From Candidatus Geohabitans tengchongensis (GTDB taxonomy: Bacteria > Sysuimicrobiota > Sysuimicrobiia > Sysuimicrobiales > Humicultoraceae), in assembly GCA_031459625.1 (NCBI GenBank), contig JAVKIH010000006.1, forward strand, positions 1 to 64,000: 64,000 nt of DNA, written 5' to 3'. Shown here in pieces: positions 18,935 through 28,037 of this stretch. Positions within the stretch are counted from its first letter, which is position 1. Every line of letters begins with the position of its first letter. Under the pieces are notes generated by a model, which worked only from the letters and a program-made list of their open reading frames with translations, did not search any database and had not been told where the DNA came from. The position numbers and the translations under genes are program-made.

Positions 18935-19953
18935 AGCGCTGTCCCGAACCCCAGCCAGCGGAAGGCGACCAGGGTGAGCCCCAGGATGATGACGAACAGC
19001 ACCACGCCCACCGCCGCAGCCTGCCCCATCTCGAGGTACTCGAACCCGAAGCGGTAGAGGTACAGCGCCAGCACCTCCGAGGCGCGCCCAGGCCCTCCGG
19101 CGGTCATGATGAGCACCTGCCCGAAGACGATGAACCCCGAGATCGTGGTGAGCACCAGCGCGAAAAGCACCGCCGGCTTCAGCAGGGGCAGCATGATCGC
19201 CACGAAGATGCGCGCGCCGGAAGCGCCGTCGATACGTGCGGCTTCGTAGAGCTCCTCCGGGATATCCTCCAGCGCGGCCCGGAACAGGACCATGCGGTAG
19301 CCCGCCAGCCACCACGTGGTGGCCAGGGCGATGGCCGGCAGGGCCCACCGCGGTTCGTTGAGGAAGGCCGGCGAGCCAACGCCCCACCCCCGCAGCACCA
19401 GCAGGACGATGCCGAAGTCGGGATCCAGCAGCCACCGCCAGACCAGCCCGACCACCGAGACGGTCAACAGGTAGGGGAAGAAGAACCCGGCTTCCATCCA
19501 GCGTGCCGCCAGCGTCCCGCGGTAGGTGAAGAGGAACAGGGCCAGCAGCAGACCGGCGCCCACGATGAGGGGGATGGCCAGAGCTGCGAACTCGAGGGTG
19601 TTGCCCAGCGCGTTCCAGAAGCGGGGATCCCTGGCCAGCGCCAGGTAGTTGCGCGCCCCGGTAAACCGGGCGTCTCCCAGCGGGTCCCACCGGTACAGGC
19701 TGATGACCACGCCGTAGAGCACCGGCCCCAGGCGGAAGAGGATCCAGAACGCGGCGAACGGCAGCAGGAAGATGACGATCTCGCCGACCTGCAGCCACTG
19801 CCTGCGCCGGGTTCGCCGGCGCGCAGGCCCCGCCTCCACCGGCGCCGCCACCGCCCGCGAAGCCGGGGCGGGCAGGCCGACCGTTCGAACCTCCGCCTGG
19901 GGCACGGGAGGGGCGCCCGGGGGGCCGGGGCCCCTCCGCCACCGCTGCGGCAT
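18931..19953 (-). CDS. Carbohydrate ABC transporter permease (MalF-type; start uncertain)
   Basis: IPEELYEAARIDGA, MTAGGP. Confidence 0.92.
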   Translation of the reverse strand: MPQRWRRGPGPPGAPPVPQAEVRTVGLPAPASRAVAAPVEAGPARRRTRRRQWLQVGEIVIFLLPFAAFWILFRLGPVLYGVVISLYRWDPLGDARFTGARNYLALARDPRFWNALGNTLEFAALAIPLIVGAGLLLALFLFTYRGTLAARWMEAGFFFPYLLTVSVVGLVWRWLLDPDFGIVLLVLRGWGVGSPAFLNEPRWALPAIALATTWWLAGYRMVLFRAALEDIPEELYEAARIDGASGARIFVAIMLPLLKPAVLFALVLTTISGFIVFGQVLIMTAGGPGRASEVLALYLYRFGFEYLEMGQAAAVGVVLFVIILGLTLVAFRWLGFGTAL

Positions 19954-19958
19954 CTCCG

Positions 19959-21278
19959 CTATCCCGCCAGCACGCGGTTGACCTCCGCCTCGGCGCGGGC
20001 GAGCGCCTCGCGCGGGGCCAACCGGAGGTTGTACGCCTCCTGGATGTACGGTTCGATGGCCGCGTGCACCTGCGGCGCCTTCTCATGGGTCAGCGGGTAG
20101 TGCACGTAGCCGCGGTTCGCCATGTCGGCGAACTTGTTGAGCGCCAGCCGCCACGAGTCGGACTCCAGCAGCGCCCGCGAGCGCTGCGCGGGCAGGTACG
20201 CCGGAATGTGCCCGCCGTAGATGCCCCACTCGTCCGAGTGCTCGTTGATCCACTTGATTGTCCGGATGGCCGCCACCAGCACCTCGTTGGTCACGCGGTC
20301 GGGCCGCTGGCGCGGGATCACCAGGTTGTGGCTGTCGCCCCAGGTCACGGCCCGCTCGAAGAACTTCGGCACGTAGTGGAACCCGAAGTTCACCCCGCTG
20401 TCCTTCGCCGTGGGCAGGTACCAGTTGCCGGCCAGCAGCATGCCCAGTTGCCCCGCAGCGAACTGCTTGAACCCGTCGGTCCCCGGCTGGTTCCAGCCGC
20501 GGCGGATCATGGTCACCAGGTAGTCCAGGGCGCGCAGGCCGCGGTCGTCGTTGAACGCCGCGCGCCTCCCGTCGGGCGTCAGCAGCTCGCCGCCCTGCCC
20601 CCAGAACAGGATCTCCCAGGCGCGGCGAACCTTCCGGGGCAGCGCGTCTTCGGCCGGGTGGAAGGCGAAGCGGCCGGTACGCGTACGCAGCGCCTCGCAG
20701 GCCCGCTCGAACTCTTCACGGGTCTCGGGCGCACGATCCGGGTCCAGGCCCGCCTGCCGGAACAGGTCCTTGTTGTACCACAGCCCCCACATGTGCGAGT
20801 CGAGCGGGACCAGGTAGCGCCTGCCCTGGTAGACGCCGGCCTCCCATACCTTCCTGGTGTACTGTGACGCCCGGATGTCGGCGACCTCGAGCAGGTTGCC
20901 CGCCCGCGACTCCTCCAGCGGCGTCAGCGCCCGGTAGACGTCCATCACCCGGCTGGAGTGGCAGATGCCGATCTGCGGCGCGTTGCCCGCCCCCACGGCG
21001 GCGAACAGCTGCGCATAGTACTCGGCCCACTGCCCCTGCAGCAAGTTCAGCTTTACCGTCCGGCTCTCGGCGTTGAACCGCCGGACGATGCGCTCCATGG
21101 CCGCGGCGTCGCCGCTGTGGAAGAGCGTGTAGTAGTCCAGGGTGATGACGCGCTCCTGGGCCGCCACCCACGGCAGGCGCCACAGCCCTGTCGACGCCGC
21201 CAGCGTCGTCGCCGCCGCCGTCTTGAGCAAAGCGCGCCGGCTCACCATCCCATGATGGCCCGCATCGTCTCCCCTCAT
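19959..21278 (-). CDS. Sugar ABC substrate-binding protein with Tat-like signal
   Basis: SRRALLK, LWYNKDLFRQAGLD; heads the permease operon. Confidence 0.9.
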   Translation of the reverse strand: MRGDDAGHHGMVSRRALLKTAAATTLAASTGLWRLPWVAAQERVITLDYYTLFHSGDAAAMERIVRRFNAESRTVKLNLLQGQWAEYYAQLFAAVGAGNAPQIGICHSSRVMDVYRALTPLEESRAGNLLEVADIRASQYTRKVWEAGVYQGRRYLVPLDSHMWGLWYNKDLFRQAGLDPDRAPETREEFERACEALRTRTGRFAFHPAEDALPRKVRRAWEILFWGQGGELLTPDGRRAAFNDDRGLRALDYLVTMIRRGWNQPGTDGFKQFAAGQLGMLLAGNWYLPTAKDSGVNFGFHYVPKFFERAVTWGDSHNLVIPRQRPDRVTNEVLVAAIRTIKWINEHSDEWGIYGGHIPAYLPAQRSRALLESDSWRLALNKFADMANRGYVHYPLTHEKAPQVHAAIEPYIQEAYNLRLAPREALARAEAEVNRVLAG

Positions 21279-21433
21279 CTCCCCCTCACCTCCACTGCTC
21301 GCGCTCCTGCGCGGTCTCGTCGTCTCCGGCTGCCCCCGCGCGCACGTCGACCCTTCGTGCGGGCGTCCCGGCCCCTGCGCGGACGGCGGCCCGCAGCGCC
21401 GGCAAGCGGCGCCTCACCTCCCGGCCACCGAAT

Positions 21434-21449
21434 GTGATAACGTTCTCAC
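21434..21449. promoter_or_regulatory. LacI-family operator-like palindrome
   Basis: GTGAtAACGTTcTCAC upstream of the sugar ABC operon. Confidence 0.65.
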
Positions 21450-21581
21450 CATCCGGTTCGCACGATTCGCGATACCATCGCCTGCTTCCTGCCCGAGGCT
21501 CAGGCGGGCGGGTACCAGCCCGTCGGCTCAGATCCTGCGCCTGCGGATCCCACGGGGTCAGCCTACCTGGAACGCCAGCAG

Positions 21582-22541
21582 CTAGACCGAGAAGATCCCT
21601 TCCAGTCGGAACAGGTCCAGGTTGAGGGCGCGGCGCTCAGCCACCGTGCGATCCAGCGGGATCGGGACGAGGTCCCTGCCCTGCAGGCCGATGAGCACGC
21701 CCGTCTGTCCGCCCAGGAGGGCCTCGGCGGCCGCAGCCGCCAGACGGCTGGCCAGGATTCGGTCGAAAGCCGTGGGGGCCCCGCCGCGCTGGATGTAGCC
21801 GAGGACCGTGGCCCGCACCTCCAGGCCCGTCAGGTCGGCCAGGTAGGCTGCCACGTCCACGCCCCGTCCGGCCCCCTCGGCCACCACGATGATGGTGTGC
21901 GCCTTGCGCAGTCGCCTCCGCTCCCTCACCCGGCCGGCCACGTCGGACAGGGGAATGGGGGCCTCCGGGATGAGCACGATGTCCGCTCCCGTGGCCAGCG
22001 CCGCGTTCAGGGCCAGCCACCCGCAGTCGCGGCCCATGGTCTCCACGACGAAGGTGCGCTCGTGGGCGGACGCCGTGTCGCGAATGCGGTCGATGGCCTG
22101 CACAATGGTGTTGAGAGCCGAGTCGGCTCCGATGGTCTGGTCGGTGCCCGGGACGTCGTTGTCGATGGTCGACGGGATCCCCACCACGGGGACGCCCAGC
22201 TGGGAGAGGCGGAAGGCCCCGGCCTGACTGCCGTTCCCGCCCACCACGAGGAGGCCGTCGACGCCCGCCCGCTCCAGGGCGGCCAGAGCCTGCCCCTGGC
22301 CCTCCGCGGTCTTGAAGGGCTCGCAGCGGGCCGTGCGCAAGATGGTCCCCCCTGCTTCGATGATGCCGCCCACCGCAGTGGAATCGAGCGGCAGGAACTC
22401 GCCCTGCATGAGGCCCAGGTAGCCGCGGCGGACACCCAGGATCTCCACGCCCCGCGCCGCGGCCAGCCGGACCGCCGCCCGAATCGCCGCATTCATGCCG
22501 GGCGCGTCCCCGCCGCTGGTGAGGATGGCGATGCGCTTCAC
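21582..22541 (-). CDS. pfkA: ATP-dependent 6-phosphofructokinase
   Basis: LTSGGDAPGMNAAIRA, TIDND, VETMGRDCG, LGYIQRGG. Confidence 0.95.
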   Translation of the reverse strand: MKRIAILTSGGDAPGMNAAIRAAVRLAAARGVEILGVRRGYLGLMQGEFLPLDSTAVGGIIEAGGTILRTARCEPFKTAEGQGQALAALERAGVDGLLVVGGNGSQAGAFRLSQLGVPVVGIPSTIDNDVPGTDQTIGADSALNTIVQAIDRIRDTASAHERTFVVETMGRDCGWLALNAALATGADIVLIPEAPIPLSDVAGRVRERRRLRKAHTIIVVAEGAGRGVDVAAYLADLTGLEVRATVLGYIQRGGAPTAFDRILASRLAAAAAEALLGGQTGVLIGLQGRDLVPIPLDRTVAERRALNLDLFRLEGIFSV

Positions 22542-22548
22542 GGGGCTC

Positions 22549-23649
22549 CTACGGGGTGCCGCCGTACTTCCGGTGCCAGCCCTCGCCGGCCTCCCGGACC
22601 TGGAGGCGCGCCCCCGGACCGCCCACGACCTCGAACCACGGGCGGGCCCCCACCGCCGCCGCGCCGGCCCGGAGGAGGTTGCGGGTCCCCGCGGTCCGCA
22701 GCCACGCTTCCATGGCCGTCAGGTCGGGGTAGCGGGCCAGCGCCGGCTGCCAGATGGCGCGTCCGCACAGGAACCCGCTGGCTCCCGCCTCCACCGCCAG
22801 CTCCAGGCCCACCAGGAACTCGTCGATCCCCACACCTCCGCTCAGGAGGACCCACGGCGGCCTGGCGGCCTCGGAGACGGCCCGGCAGGCGGCACGCACC
22901 TCGGTCAACGTGTACACCGCCGGCCGCTCCCGGCCGTCGAAGACGCCGTGGTGGAACGGCGGGCAGTACCGGAGGTCGGCGGGAAACTCCAGTTTCAGCA
23001 CGTCGACCCGGTACCGCTCCTGCGAGAACTCCTCGGCGGCGGCCGCCGTGTACCGGGGGCGGTCCCGGGCGAACTCCGGCGTGTCCGCCGCCGGAGCTCC
23101 CAGCGGGTAGGTCACCACCTCCAGCAAGAACGGGAGGTCTGCCCGGGCGCACGCTTCCCCCACCGCCTGGGCCAGGCCCTGCTGGTGCGCCCGCGTCGCC
23201 GCCGAGGCCTCCGGGTTGTAGTGGAGCAGCAGCTTGGCGGCGTTGGCCCCCGACCGCTTGACCTGGTCCACCGACCAGCCCTCCACGAGGCGGGCGCGCC
23301 GCTCGCGCCCACCCTCGCCGGCGGGCTCGTAGCCGGTCTCCTCCAGCGCGGTGAGGAGGCCCACGTCCCGGGGGACCAGCGGGACGGCGTGCGGGAAGCC
23401 GTAGACGGGGTCGACCAGGACCGCCGTGGCGTGGGGCGCCAGGATCTCGGTCAGGAGGGTCTTGACGCGGGCCAGCTCCTCGTAGGAGACCTGGCCCGGG
23501 GACCGGCCCGTGGCCCGGGCCAGCGCTGCCCGGAGGGAGTCGCGCTGGTCCACGGCGAGCATGCGGAACCGGCCGTCCCGGTCGGCCAGGCGGACCAGGT
23601 TGAGGAGCTTGCCAGGGCTCAGGGCGACCGTGGCGGCGCCCGGTGTCAC
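22549..23649 (-). CDS. Tagatose-1,6-bisphosphate aldolase (LacD) family class I aldolase
   Basis: MLAVDQR, KLLLHYNP, DVLKLEFP, WVLLSGG, GFLCGRAIW. Confidence 0.88.
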   Translation of the reverse strand: MTPGAATVALSPGKLLNLVRLADRDGRFRMLAVDQRDSLRAALARATGRSPGQVSYEELARVKTLLTEILAPHATAVLVDPVYGFPHAVPLVPRDVGLLTALEETGYEPAGEGGRERRARLVEGWSVDQVKRSGANAAKLLLHYNPEASAATRAHQQGLAQAVGEACARADLPFLLEVVTYPLGAPAADTPEFARDRPRYTAAAAEEFSQERYRVDVLKLEFPADLRYCPPFHHGVFDGRERPAVYTLTEVRAACRAVSEAARPPWVLLSGGVGIDEFLVGLELAVEAGASGFLCGRAIWQPALARYPDLTAMEAWLRTAGTRNLLRAGAAAVGARPWFEVVGGPGARLQVREAGEGWHRKYGGTP

Positions 23650-24065
23650 GCCCGTCCCGACGGCGTGGTCTCCGCGGTGGGCCTGCGGCGCCTCCGGGGC
23701 TCCTCGTGCAGGTTGATGAAGGTCTGGGCGATGTCGGTGGCCGTGAGGATCCCCACCACGCGGTCCCCACGGAGCACCGGCAGGCGGCGCACGCGCTCGC
23801 GCAGCATGAGGGCTGCGGCCTCCGCCAGCGGCGTCTCCTCGGAGACGGTCGGCACGTCCCGGCGCATGACGTCCCCGACCGTCACGTCCTCCCCCGCCCG
23901 CTCGGCCAGGTCGGTGAAGCTCACCATCCCCAGCAGCCGGCCCTCAGCGTCGACCACGGGGGCGCCGTGGATCTGCGCGCGCACAAACAACTGGAGCGCT
24001 TCGTCCAGGGGAGTCTCGGGCCGTACGGTCTTCACCTCTCGGGTCATAACGGTTCGTGTCTCCAT
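23646..24065 (-). CDS. CBS-domain pair protein
   Basis: VMTREV...IHGAPVVD...GMVSFTDL; RRLPV...GILTATDI; GAGG RBS. Confidence 0.9.
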   Translation of the reverse strand: METRTVMTREVKTVRPETPLDEALQLFVRAQIHGAPVVDAEGRLLGMVSFTDLAERAGEDVTVGDVMRRDVPTVSEETPLAEAAALMLRERVRRLPVLRGDRVVGILTATDIAQTFINLHEEPRRRRRPTAETTPSGRA

Positions 24066-24130
24066 GGGACCTCCTCTCAGCGTCGGGGCGTCGCTGCGTG
24101 ACGAACCAGTGGGTATGCCGGCATACCGGG

Positions 24131-25273
24131 CTACGGTTGCACCACGAAGAGGCCCACCATGCCCGCGTCCGCGTGGTTGACCACGTGACAGTGGAAGAGC
24201 CACAGACCCGGATAGCGGAACCGGACCAGCAGCGTGTCCATGGCGCCACCCACCAGGGGCAGCACCTGCCCCGGCCACGGCCGGCCGTTCAGCACGCCCA
24301 GGGAGACCAGGGGGATCTCGTGGATGTGCAGGCTGTGGTCCAGGTTCCCGATGTTCACCACGTGCAGCTTCATGGACTCGCCGACCTTCATCGTGTAGAA
24401 GGGCACGGTCTTGCCCAGCTGGTTCACGACACCCTGGAGGCCTTGCTCCTTGAAGAGCTCCTCCAGGGCGCGTTCCCCACCCGGAATTCCCAGGCCGTTC
24501 ATGACATACGGGGGGACCTTGGTCCCCTGGCGCAGGCGCGTGGACTCCGCCATGAACAACACTTCTTCGCGCCCGGCGGGCGCCCTGGAGTCCTCGACGA
24601 TGATCATACCGTAGAGGCCCTGCAGGATGTGCTGGTTGATGGGAAACTCCCTGTCCGCTGCATGGCAGTGATAGTAGACGGCCTCGGCCCGTTCGGGCCG
24701 GAACTGGTAGACATACTCCTTGCCCGGCGGGATCATGGCCCCCCGGCCTCTGCCGCTGATGACGTTGGCCTGCGACCCGTCGTTCTCCAACGGGTAGTGA
24801 CTCAGGTGGGTGTGGAAACTGTGGGTCCGGTTGTGCCGGTTGATTACCCGGACCCTCAGGATCTCACCGACCTTCGCCCGCAGCGTCGGGCCGGGCACCG
24901 TGCCGCTGTAGGTCCACACGGTCCAGGTATTGCCGCCGCCGAAGTCGATGGTCTTCTCGACGATCTCCAGCGTGTACTCACGCACCGCCTTCCCGCCTTC
25001 CCTGTACACCCTTGCCTTCGGTCCTGGCGGGGCGGAGGGGACCTGGGCGGCGATTTTGGCCGCGGCCTGAGCCGCCAGCGGGCCGCCCATCAGCAAATCC
25101 ATGAGGTGCACGCCCCGATGATGGGCGTGGGTGATGTCCTCGGCGGCCGGCGCCGACGCGCGAGTCGCCGCAGGTGGCCATGTCAGCCGCGGCCCCCGGG
25201 CCGGACCGGCCAGCACCAGGGCGGCGATGGCAGCGGCGATGAAGAACAGGATGGCCATCGTCTTGCGCTGCAT
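24131..25273 (-). CDS. Two-domain multicopper oxidase with N-terminal signal/TM
   Basis: PGPTLR, HSFHTH, YYHCH-x10-H, HSLHIH, WLFHCHVVNHADAGM. Confidence 0.9.
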   Translation of the reverse strand: MQRKTMAILFFIAAAIAALVLAGPARGPRLTWPPAATRASAPAAEDITHAHHRGVHLMDLLMGGPLAAQAAAKIAAQVPSAPPGPKARVYREGGKAVREYTLEIVEKTIDFGGGNTWTVWTYSGTVPGPTLRAKVGEILRVRVINRHNRTHSFHTHLSHYPLENDGSQANVISGRGRGAMIPPGKEYVYQFRPERAEAVYYHCHAADREFPINQHILQGLYGMIIVEDSRAPAGREEVLFMAESTRLRQGTKVPPYVMNGLGIPGGERALEELFKEQGLQGVVNQLGKTVPFYTMKVGESMKLHVVNIGNLDHSLHIHEIPLVSLGVLNGRPWPGQVLPLVGGAMDTLLVRFRYPGLWLFHCHVVNHADAGMVGLFVVQP

Positions 25274-25284
25274 GGTGTCCTCCC

Positions 25285-25959
25285 TTACGGCGCCAGGGCC
25301 CGCTCGTCCAGGGCGTAGGCAAGGCCCCGGACGTCGACGTCCACCACGCCGTCGATGCGCCGGACGTAGGACTCGATGAGCGAGACGTCTCCCCGCCGGT
25401 CCACCCGGCCGGCGATGGTGACCACCCCGTCCCGCACCGCGATGTCCAGAGCGTCAACGTCGATCCAGAGGTCCCGCACGATGGTCTCGCGCACCAGGGC
25501 GGCCAGCTCCTCGTCGGTCCGGGCCAGGGCGCGCAGGATGTCGTTGCGGCTGACGATTCCCACCACCTTCCCCTCCCGCACGATGGGGATGCGGTTGATG
25601 CGATGTCGGATCATGAGGGCGGCGAGCTGGCGGACGGGGGTGTCTTCCTCCGCGGTGATCACGGGCCGCGTCATGACCTCGGCGGCGGTACGCCCGCGGT
25701 ACCGCCGCATCTGCTCCTGCACCTCGCGGGTGAGGCCCTCCAGCAGGCCCCACACTCCGGGGAGGTGCACCGGTCCCGCCTCCTTGGGCAGCAGGTCCGC
25801 CTCGGTGACCATCCCCAGGAGGGTTCCGTCCGCACCCACCACCGGAGCGCCGCTGATCCGGCTCCCCACCAGGGTTCGCGCCACCTCGGCCAGCGAAGCC
25901 TCCGGTCGCACGGTGATGACCGGTGTGGTCATCACGTCCTTTGCCCGCAGCACCTGCAT
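25285..25959 (-). CDS. CBS-pair plus BON domain protein
   Basis: ISGAPVV, INRIPIV, C-terminal DGVVTIAGRV...IDGVVDV. Confidence 0.9.
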   Translation of the reverse strand: MQVLRAKDVMTTPVITVRPEASLAEVARTLVGSRISGAPVVGADGTLLGMVTEADLLPKEAGPVHLPGVWGLLEGLTREVQEQMRRYRGRTAAEVMTRPVITAEEDTPVRQLAALMIRHRINRIPIVREGKVVGIVSRNDILRALARTDEELAALVRETIVRDLWIDVDALDIAVRDGVVTIAGRVDRRGDVSLIESYVRRIDGVVDVDVRGLAYALDERALAP

Positions 25960-25998
25960 GGTTGTTCCCCTCTCGGCACTTCGGCCCGTCTCCCCTCC

Positions 25999-26127
25999 AG
26001 CGTGGACAGGCCCCGCTCCCGAGACCATCCGGTGTCGGCCCGATTGCCCTCGGGCGCGAGGCCGATTCCGGGCCCGTGGGAATCCACCCCCGGCCCGATG
26101 GTGGGGCGGCCCCCGCCACGGCACAGT
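25999..26127. promoter_or_regulatory. Divergent promoters with three 18-bp boxes (26027, 26049, 26082)
   Basis: -10-like CACGCT (minus, 25999-26004) and CACAGT (plus, 26122-26127), each 22 nt from the nearest box. Confidence 0.55.
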
Positions 26128-26177
26128 GGAGGCTGGGAGGCCGGGTGGGGTTGCCGGCCCCGAGAGAGGGGGAAGCC

Positions 26178-26633
26178 ATGGACGCCCGCGCGATCATGAC
26201 CACCGACGTGGTGACCCTGGAACCCGACATGTCCGTGAGCGAGGCTGGGGAGCTGCTGGTCCGCTACCGGATCCACGGTGCTCCCGTCGTGGGCCGGGAC
26301 GGCCAGCTGCTCGGCATGGTGAGCCTGGTGGACCTGGTGGGTCGGGCGGGGGAGACCGTGGCCGACGTGATGACCCCCGACCCGGTCACGGCGGCGGAGG
26401 ACACCCCCGTGGAGGAGCTGGCGGGGATGATGCTCGAGCACATGGTGCGCCGCATCCCCATCGTCGCCGGCGGACGCGTCGTCGGCATCGTCAGCGCCAG
26501 CGACATCGTGCAGCTCTTCCTCGACCTCCACGAACGGCCGAAGCTCGCCGTTCCCAGCCCTGTGACGGTGAGCCGGGAGCGGGCGAGATCCCGCGGCCGG
26601 CACCGCGCGGACGCCCGCAGCCGCCGCTCCTAG
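26178..26633 (+). CDS. CBS-domain pair protein (paralog of 23646-24065)
   Basis: IHGAPVV, GMVSLVDL, RRIPIV, shared F(L/I)xLHE end. Confidence 0.9.
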   Translation: MDARAIMTTDVVTLEPDMSVSEAGELLVRYRIHGAPVVGRDGQLLGMVSLVDLVGRAGETVADVMTPDPVTAAEDTPVEELAGMMLEHMVRRIPIVAGGRVVGIVSASDIVQLFLDLHERPKLAVPSPVTVSRERARSRGRHRADARSRRS

Positions 26634-26638
26634 CGCTG

Positions 26639-27751
26639 ATGGGTCTCGTGGCACCGCCGCCCGGGCCGCCAGGGACCGCCGGGTCTCCGTATGCGGCCTG
26701 CCTGGGGGTGCTGGCGCGCGTCGGGCCGGGCGGAGCGGCGCAGGCGGTGCCTGGAAGTGAGGACCTGGCGCGGGAGATCGCGACCCGGTACTCCCACATC
26801 CGCTCGCTGCCGGACCTGTCCGCCCGGCTGGCCGCCGTCCGCGACCTGTTCTTCGGGGGGGAGGCGGCCTCGGTCGAGTCCGCGCCCGACGGCCATCGGC
26901 TCTGGCTCAGCGTCTGCCCGCTGGACGGGAGAGCGCTGGAGCCCCTCGATGCCTGCGGGCTGGCCCGGGCGGTCCTGGAGGCCCTCACCGGCGCCGAGGT
27001 GGAGCAGGAGGAGTGGATCAGCCGTGGAGATCCCCGGTGCACCTTCGTGCTGCGGCCGCGGGCCCCGGGGGCGGACGAGGAGGTCCGGGCGGGTGCGGGG
27101 ACGTCCGCCGCGGTGCGTGGCCCGGGGCTGGTGAGTGTGGACGAGGCGGGGGTGCCCATGGCGCCGGTCACCCGGCCTCTGACCATCCGCTGGCACGGCC
27201 GGGGAGGCTACGGGGCGAAGACGGCGGCCACGCTCCTGGCCGAGGCCGTCATCGATGCCGGAGGGTTTGGCCAGGCGGCACCGGAGTTCGGCCCCGAGCG
27301 CCGCGGCGCGCCCGTCCAGGCGTTCACCCGGTTGAGCCCGTGGCCGATCGGCCAGCGCGGACCGGTGGAGCGACCCGACGCGATCGTGATCCTTGACCCA
27401 CGCCTCGTCCGGTCTCCCACCGTGTGGGAGGGCGTCACGCCGGCCACGTGGGTGATCATCAACGCCCCCGAGCCGCCGGCCCTCCCCGGGGTCCGCGCCG
27501 ACCGGGTGGTGGCCCTCGACGCCTCCCGCCTCGCCCGCGCCGCCCTGGGGCGCGACATCCCCAACGTCCCGATGCTGGCCGCCGTCGTCGCGCTCTTCAC
27601 CTGGTTCGACCCGACCGCGTTCCTGCGCTGGCTGCGCGACCGGTTGGCTGCTGAGTTCCCGGCGGAGACCGTCGAGGCGAATCTGCGCGCCGCGCAGGCC
27701 GCCATGGACGAGGTGAGGCATGTCCGGAGCGCTCTCGCCGATGCCAGCTGA
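26639..27751 (+). CDS. porC: V4R-like domain in frame with 2-oxoacid:ferredoxin oxidoreductase gamma subunit (gamma ATG at 27158)
   Basis: CPL...C...GDPRCTF V4R-like pattern, then IRWHGRGGYGAKT, FGPERRGAPV. Confidence 0.8.
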   Translation: MGLVAPPPGPPGTAGSPYAACLGVLARVGPGGAAQAVPGSEDLAREIATRYSHIRSLPDLSARLAAVRDLFFGGEAASVESAPDGHRLWLSVCPLDGRALEPLDACGLARAVLEALTGAEVEQEEWISRGDPRCTFVLRPRAPGADEEVRAGAGTSAAVRGPGLVSVDEAGVPMAPVTRPLTIRWHGRGGYGAKTAATLLAEAVIDAGGFGQAAPEFGPERRGAPVQAFTRLSPWPIGQRGPVERPDAIVILDPRLVRSPTVWEGVTPATWVIINAPEPPALPGVRADRVVALDASRLARAALGRDIPNVPMLAAVVALFTWFDPTAFLRWLRDRLAAEFPAETVEANLRAAQAAMDEVRHVRSALADAS

Positions 27752-28037
27752 GCCGGCCGCGTTGCCCTGGCGGGACCTGGACGCCGGCCCCGTCCTGCCC
27801 GGGGAGACCAGCCGGCGCTTCCTCACGGGGGACTGGCGCGAGCGCCGTCCCCGCTTGGACCTGGACCGCTGCGTGCACTGCCTCCTGTGCTGGCTCTACT
27901 GCCCCGACACCTCGGTCCTGGTCGCGGGCGGGCGGGTCGTGGGCATCGACCTCGACTACTGCAAGGGGTGCGGGGTCTGCGCGGCGGTGTGCCCCCCCTC
28001 GGCGGCGGCCATCACCATGGTCGAGGAGGAGCGATGA
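27720..28037 (+). CDS. porD: Pyruvate:ferredoxin oxidoreductase-type delta subunit, 2x[4Fe-4S]
   Basis: TGDWR, CVHCLLCWLYCP, YCKGCGVCAAVCP. Confidence 0.93.
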   Translation: MSGALSPMPAEPAALPWRDLDAGPVLPGETSRRFLTGDWRERRPRLDLDRCVHCLLCWLYCPDTSVLVAGGRVVGIDLDYCKGCGVCAAVCPPSAAAITMVEEER

